DNA from: Octopus vulgaris
Taxonomy: Eukaryota
NCBI GenBank assembly: GCA_951406725.2
Contig: OX597837.1
Coordinates: forward strand, 8,866,001 to 8,930,000
DNA: 64,000 bases
Reading direction: 5' to 3'
Of the stretch, positions 57,676-64,000 are shown one piece after another (positions within the stretch are counted from its first letter, which is position 1; each line of letters starts with the position of its first letter). The notes beneath the pieces were generated by a model that made no database searches, was not told where the DNA came from, and saw only the letters and a program-made list of their open reading frames with translations. The position numbers and the translations under genes are program-made.

Positions 57676-57897
57676 TTTACGAAATTTCTTCAGTATATGT
57701 AACCTGAGCACATATATGTGGATAGGTTACATCAATTCATTGTAACTCCTTCAGAGTCATACGTAAGTCAGGTCTGATATGTGCCTTACATTATTTAAGG
57801 TGGGTGGATCCTCAAGTTGCCACACGCGTTCTTAGTAGCTTAGAGTAGGCTCGAATTAGAGATTATTCTTTGTGGCTAATGGCATGGGTCCTGATTG

Positions 57898-57931
57898 GAA
57901 GAAGAAGAAGAAGGAGAAGAAGAAGAAGGAG

Positions 57932-57963
<32 letters not shown>

Positions 57964-58206
57964 GAAGAAGAGAAAGAAGAAGCAGCAGCAGCAGAAGAAG
58001 AAGCAGAATAAGCAGAAGAAGAAGAGGAAGACGAAGAAGAAGAAGAAGAAGAAGAAGAAGAAGAAGAAGAAGAAGCAGCAGCAGCAGAAGAAGAAGCAGC
58101 AGCAGCAGAAGAAGAAGCAGAAGAAGAAGAAGAAGAAGAAGAAGAAGAAGAAGAAAAAGAAGAAAAATAATAAGAAGAAGAATAAGAAGAAGAATACAGC
58201 AGCAGC
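57898..58206. repeat. (GAA)n/(GCA)n polypurine tract
   Basis: Direct reading. Confidence 0.95.
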
Positions 58207-58915
58207 AACCGTAATAGCATCTACAAAATCAAAAAAATATTTTCTTGAGAATTAAGCCATGGAACTTCCAAGTAAAATTAAAAATAGAAAGCAAGATTTT
58301 TGTTGTATGTTATGCTTATTAGCCATGGATCAACCGTGAACAAGAATACGCGTAAGTTCCCGTACTTATACCGCTCACGGGCTTGTATAAGATACAGGAA
58401 ACGATAATTAAGTTTTACAACCTGCGCCAGCTTTTCCACATGGGTGAATATGCAGTTGAATTTAGCTTGAAGTTATGAAGATTTTTTTCTGAGAATGGAT
58501 TCGAAAAGTCATGTCATGGAGGGATCTAAATTTAAAGATCTCGCAAAAGATAGGTTCAGTTTTACACAAAATGTAATGAGATCGTAAGACCAATATATAG
58601 TTCGTAACAAAAATGGCTGATAACAAAACTCCAGCTGTGTTGCGCCACCTTGTGGACCGACTGAAATAATACAAAACATTGCACACGGAAAAATATGGGT
58701 TTTACAACTGTGTCGTAATTATCTTGACCAGAATATAAAAAAAAGTAACAGTGGAATCTGGGTCTACAATCTTAATTCGTTCTTGAAGGCCGATTGTCAT
58801 CCGAAATGTTCGTAAACAGAAACTGTTTTTACCGCACGTAATTCAAAAGAAGGCATAGTGAATTCGAGATGGGATTTGCCCTGATCAAAAGCAAAAATGC
58901 AAATTACAGCGCTTT

Positions 58916-59240
<325 letters not shown>

Positions 59241-59290
59241 CTAGTTGTGTTTGAATGTGTATGACTATGAGTTGGTGTTACATATATTGT

Positions 59291-59334
<44 letters not shown>

Positions 59335-59377
59335 CACAATCACACGCATGTACATACGAACATACATGCATAATACA

Positions 59378-59411
<34 letters not shown>

Positions 59412-59543
59412 TGTGCGTATTCATATCTATTTATCTATATCTTAATATGCGTATACACAGATATTTTAAATAGATAGGTAGGTAGATAGATAGACAAGCG
59501 TATATATATTTACATATAATTTTAGTTATATATATATATATAA

Positions 59544-59581
<38 letters not shown>

Positions 59582-59626
59582 AATAATATATAAATATATG
59601 CATATATACATACATTTAGGCACATA

Positions 59627-59682
<56 letters not shown>

Positions 59683-59860
59683 TATATGGACACAGGACAC
59701 AAACGTTGAACGCAATGTGAAACGAAAACATAAAAACAAAAACATAGAATTGAACTTTTTTTCGAACGAAACAGAAAACAAACGGGACATACAACAAAAA
59801 ACATTCCCCTTCATCAGTTGTCCCCGTTTCATCTACTCCATGTTACGAAGATAAGGACAA

Positions 59861-59892
<32 letters not shown>

Positions 59893-59911
59893 AGGTATAA
59901 GTATCTCTCTC

Positions 59912-59954
<43 letters not shown>

Positions 59955-60180
59955 TTACACACACATAAATACCTCATGCACCAAATGGCAATTGTTAAAA
60001 AGCATTCATGAAGTAAAATCATGTAGCAACACGAAATGGCGGTGCCCCAGCATGGCCACAGCTCGTGAGCTGAAACTAGATAAAATAAAAATAATATATA
60101 TATATATATATATACATATATTCAAATATAAACAAAGTTATATAGAGGCTTCGTGTCTTATTCTCTCTCTCTGGTTCACA

Positions 60181-60233
<53 letters not shown>

Positions 60234-61090
60234 GCAGTAAATATTTCCATAGAACCCCGCAGATCAAGAGATGTAACACCACGAAGCTATTACTTCCCAT
60301 CAATGACCGCACTAATGCACAAGCACCGCGTGACTTTCACGTCAACATCTTCTATATTTTATCGCCCTATACAATCTATAAATTTTGCACCTTCTGCTCA
60401 TCCTGTCATTTCATGAGCCCATAAGTGACCCTCCGGCAGAAAATAGCAGCTAGTTATCAGGTTTACCAGAGAAAACTTAATATTACTTTCACAAATGAAG
60501 TCCAGCAAGTTTATTTAATATCTAGATTGTATACACCCACAACTACATGGACAAAATATACGGACACATACATACGCTAGTTTACATATATACACACACG
60601 CATATATATACATACACATATATATTTATATACATACATACATACATATATATATACATACAGTTATATACATACATACATATACATATATATACATACA
60701 ATTATAAAATAATATGCCTACTCATAATAATAAGTCATAGGTTTTTCCCTACTTTATGTAAAGGGGATTAATGACCATTTGACATTGACCTAGTTTCTCT
60801 CACCAAATAGCAGTAATTGGCATTTTGTTAGTGGCCACTACTATCTTCAACTTGAATTCCTTTTATGTTATTCTGAAACCTCCTTTACCCCATTCCTACA
60901 ACTAAAAAATCTTTATTACTTCTAACCTTAAAGCAGTTAGATACAGCCATAGCTTGGTCAGTCAGTGGTTGGACTTCACAACCTCATATGTTCTTAAACT
61001 TTAAATCTACATATTTGTTTGTATATCTACCTTCTCTATAATGCTGCTACTTGATTTGAAAGCGTTTATATTAATGGAAAACAACTATAA

Positions 61091-61176
61091 TTGGCTGATG
61101 AGTACTCAGCATCTTAAATCTGGTGTAATACTTTCAACTTTTAATAAAATGATGTAGTGTGAAACAATTGTACCAA
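61091..61176 (+). ncRNA. Type I hammerhead ribozyme, canonical core, long stem II; same family as 3260-3350
   Basis: TTGG-CTGATGA(61095-101)-GTACT..GCATC...GATGTAGTGT-GAAA(61161-64)-CAATT-GTA-CCAA; palindrome ACAATTGT; shared caacttttaataaa and cattcttgttgctt. Confidence 0.75.
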
Positions 61177-61209
61177 ATTACCGGAGTCATTCTTGTTGCT
61201 TATTTTGAG

Positions 61210-61252
<43 letters not shown>

Positions 61253-61254
61253 TC

Positions 61255-61700
61255 TTTTGTACTTTTACTTGTTTTAGTCATTTGACTGTGGCCATGCAGG
61301 AGCATCGCCTTAAACGGTTTTAGCCGAGACACAGGACTTAATCTTTGTAACCCTAGTACTTATTCTATCGGTCGTTTAGGCCGAACTGCTAAGTTACACA
61401 GGTGTAAACATATTAACATCGTTTGTCAAGGGATAGTGGGGGACAACACACAAAAGACACACGCACACACTCTCACACACACACATAAATACATACATAC
61501 ATATATTTATATATGTATGTATGTATGTGTGTATATTTGTATACGACAGGCCTCTTTCAGTTTCCGTATATCATATCTACTCACAAGACTATGGTAGGCG
61601 CGAGGGTAGAGTAAAGAACAATCGCCCGAGTTTCCTCGCAGTGAGACTGAACTCATGTGACTGGGAAGTAATCTTCTTACTAACCACGCCTGTGCCTATA
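61255..61700 (-). mobile_element. Diverged full-length SINE family 1
   Basis: cagtcatttgactgtggccatgc-like tail through taaccacgcctgtgcct head. Confidence 0.78.
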
Positions 61701-61821
61701 TATATGTGTGTGGTGGGGTGGGGTATTATAGATATGTGTATGTAAGTATTACTGTTGTTCTTGTTTTTGTTGTTCATGCTGTTGTTTTCGTTATTGTTGA
61801 TAATATATTAATGGTATGAGA

Positions 61822-62275
61822 TGGCAAGGAAGCGGAATCGTTTGCATGCCGGATAAGATGCTTTGCACCATTTCACCCGTCATTACATTCTGAGCTCAAA
61901 TTCCAAGGAAGTCGACTTTACCATTACTACTCTCGGGGTCGATAAAATATGTACCAGTACAAGCTGAGCACAGGGGTCGATGTGATCAACTAGACCCCTC
62001 ATTCGAAACTGCTAAACTTGTAACAAATTTTGAAATCAATTTATTAATGATAAAAGATGGCGAGCTGGCAGAATCGTAGGCACGCCGAGCGAAATGCTTA
62101 GCGGCTTTTCCCCCGTTATTTCATTCTGAGTTGAAATTCCGCCGGAGTCGACTTTACCTTTCATCCTTTCGGAGTCGATAAAATATGTACCTCTTCCAGA
62201 TCAGCACCGTTGTCGATGTATTCAACTATGCCCCTCCTTCGAAATTGCTGGCCTTGTGCCAATAACGAAACCAAT
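61822..62275 (+). mobile_element. Two tandem copies of SINE family 2 (61822-62040, 62058-62275)
   Basis: gtcgactttacc...ggggtcgataaaatatgtacc occurs twice. Confidence 0.8.
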
Positions 62276-62853
62276 TAATTAATGAGATGCGTAAGAAAAT
62301 TTAATCTTGGTTCTCTCGGTCGAGAAGCATTAAGATGAAGTCCGTTTATTCATTGCCATCATTGGGCTAAAACGCAAAAACACAAATGACATCAACTATA
62401 TTTTAAACTCGTCTCTCACACTCCTTGTTGACACTTCACAATAAATGTACACCATAACTATAACATGCAGGAAACGATATTCCAAAGCCTTCGATTCTGC
62501 TTAAACACTGGAATAATCGAACTCGATATTTGACAGATGCCGTGCGGAATGAATCCCAAGGTTACCTAAAATATATCATTAATGCATTTCACTCATGCAG
62601 CGTTTCGGCGGAAAAATCGGTGAATTTTTCTGGCGTGTGTCGCCATTTTAACTTCACATTCCTCACTATCGTAGCAAATCGAGTCATTATTACAATGCGT
62701 TGGTGAAGACGGGGTTTAGGAAATTGATGGATAGAAATACGGTGATTCCAAACAGGGTGTATTTGCTGACAGCCACACGTACACACAAACACATAACTAT
62801 ACATATATCACTGTCTTTCACTTGCTCTCCCTCTCCATCTCTCCCGCCCTTTC

Positions 62854-63002
<149 letters not shown>

Positions 63003-63498
63003 ATCTGTCATTCTATCTATCTATCTATCTTTCTGTGATACACGATCCCTATTGATCGTTTTTTTCTTTTCTTTTATTCCTTTCTTTTTTTTCCTTTCTA
63101 CGATCTCTTTTGATCGAAAACCTGCCCCCACCTTATTTTTCTCCCCAAAAAGAAAAGCTCTACTTTGTGATCTGTCCCGTCTGTGTCCAACCCTGTGTGG
63201 CTAATAAAGAAACACATCTATCTATCTGTCTGTCTAATTGTCTGTCTCTATCTCTTTTTCTCATTTTCTCTAGCAATGTGTGTGTGAGTAAGTATTTATA
63301 CGCAAACATAGGCACATACACACCACCGTACCACACGCACATATACGCTCTCACATACACACGCACGCACACCTTCGTTTTGGGATCACCATTACTTTAT
63401 TATCTCCCCTTCTTCCTAGCTCTCCTCTGTGACCGATCAGTCAGACATTCGCCATGATAGATCGCTAGCACTAAACCTTATATATATATATATATATT

Positions 63499-63582
<84 letters not shown>

Positions 63583-63602
63583 ATATATAGATAGATATAT
63601 AG

Positions 63603-63657
<55 letters not shown>

Positions 63658-64000
63658 TGCAGAAACAGGTATAGAGATGGAAAGAGAGAACTCTGGGTGG
63701 AAAATTTGGCAGATATACGGAGATATTAACTTTTATATCCGAAAAAATAGACAAAATATATTTATCTATCTATTTATCAATCTATTTATCAATTAAACTC
63801 GTCTTATCTACACGCTTGTCTTATGTATATATATACATATATACATATATATATATATACACACAGGCATATATACATATATATATGTGTATGTCTATAT
63901 ATATATACATATACCACCATATATATATATATGTGCGTGAATATAATCATGATATATTACATTGTGTAATCAGCCGTTGGCAAATGGAAGACGAAAAAAG

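Noticed and set aside
59690-59860. Minus-strand CTGATGAAGGGG in a (TA)n-flanked element
   Set aside because: No convincing stem II, GAAA and stem I closure downstream; possibly a permuted Penelope-type terminus but not supportable here.

Overview
AT-rich eukaryotic intergenic/intronic DNA saturated with microsatellites ((TA)n, (TAGA)n, (CATA)n, (AAT)n, (GAT)n, (GAA)n). The SINE families and repeat landscape resemble those I recall from Octopus (coleoid cephalopod) genomes; this is an inference. Almost all ORF-track entries are microsatellite artefacts and no intact known gene is supported. Recognisable content: at least three tRNA-head SINE families, decayed Tc1/mariner transposons, fragments of R4/Dong-type (restriction-like endonuclease), RTE and CR1/L2-type LINEs, and non-autonomous Helitron pieces. 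The main unexplained signal is about 15 type-I hammerhead ribozyme (HHR) motifs from several families. They show compensatory stem-I changes and palindromic stem III and sit in short non-coding elements, many ending at (TA)n. One pair lies on opposite strands of a 219-bp inverted repeat. This architecture matches Penelope-like pseudo-LTRs and retrozymes. Also noted: a speculative two-exon secreted or amidated peptide precursor, a duplicated decayed coding-like motif and an old ~112-bp satellite. All folds and translations were done by eye.
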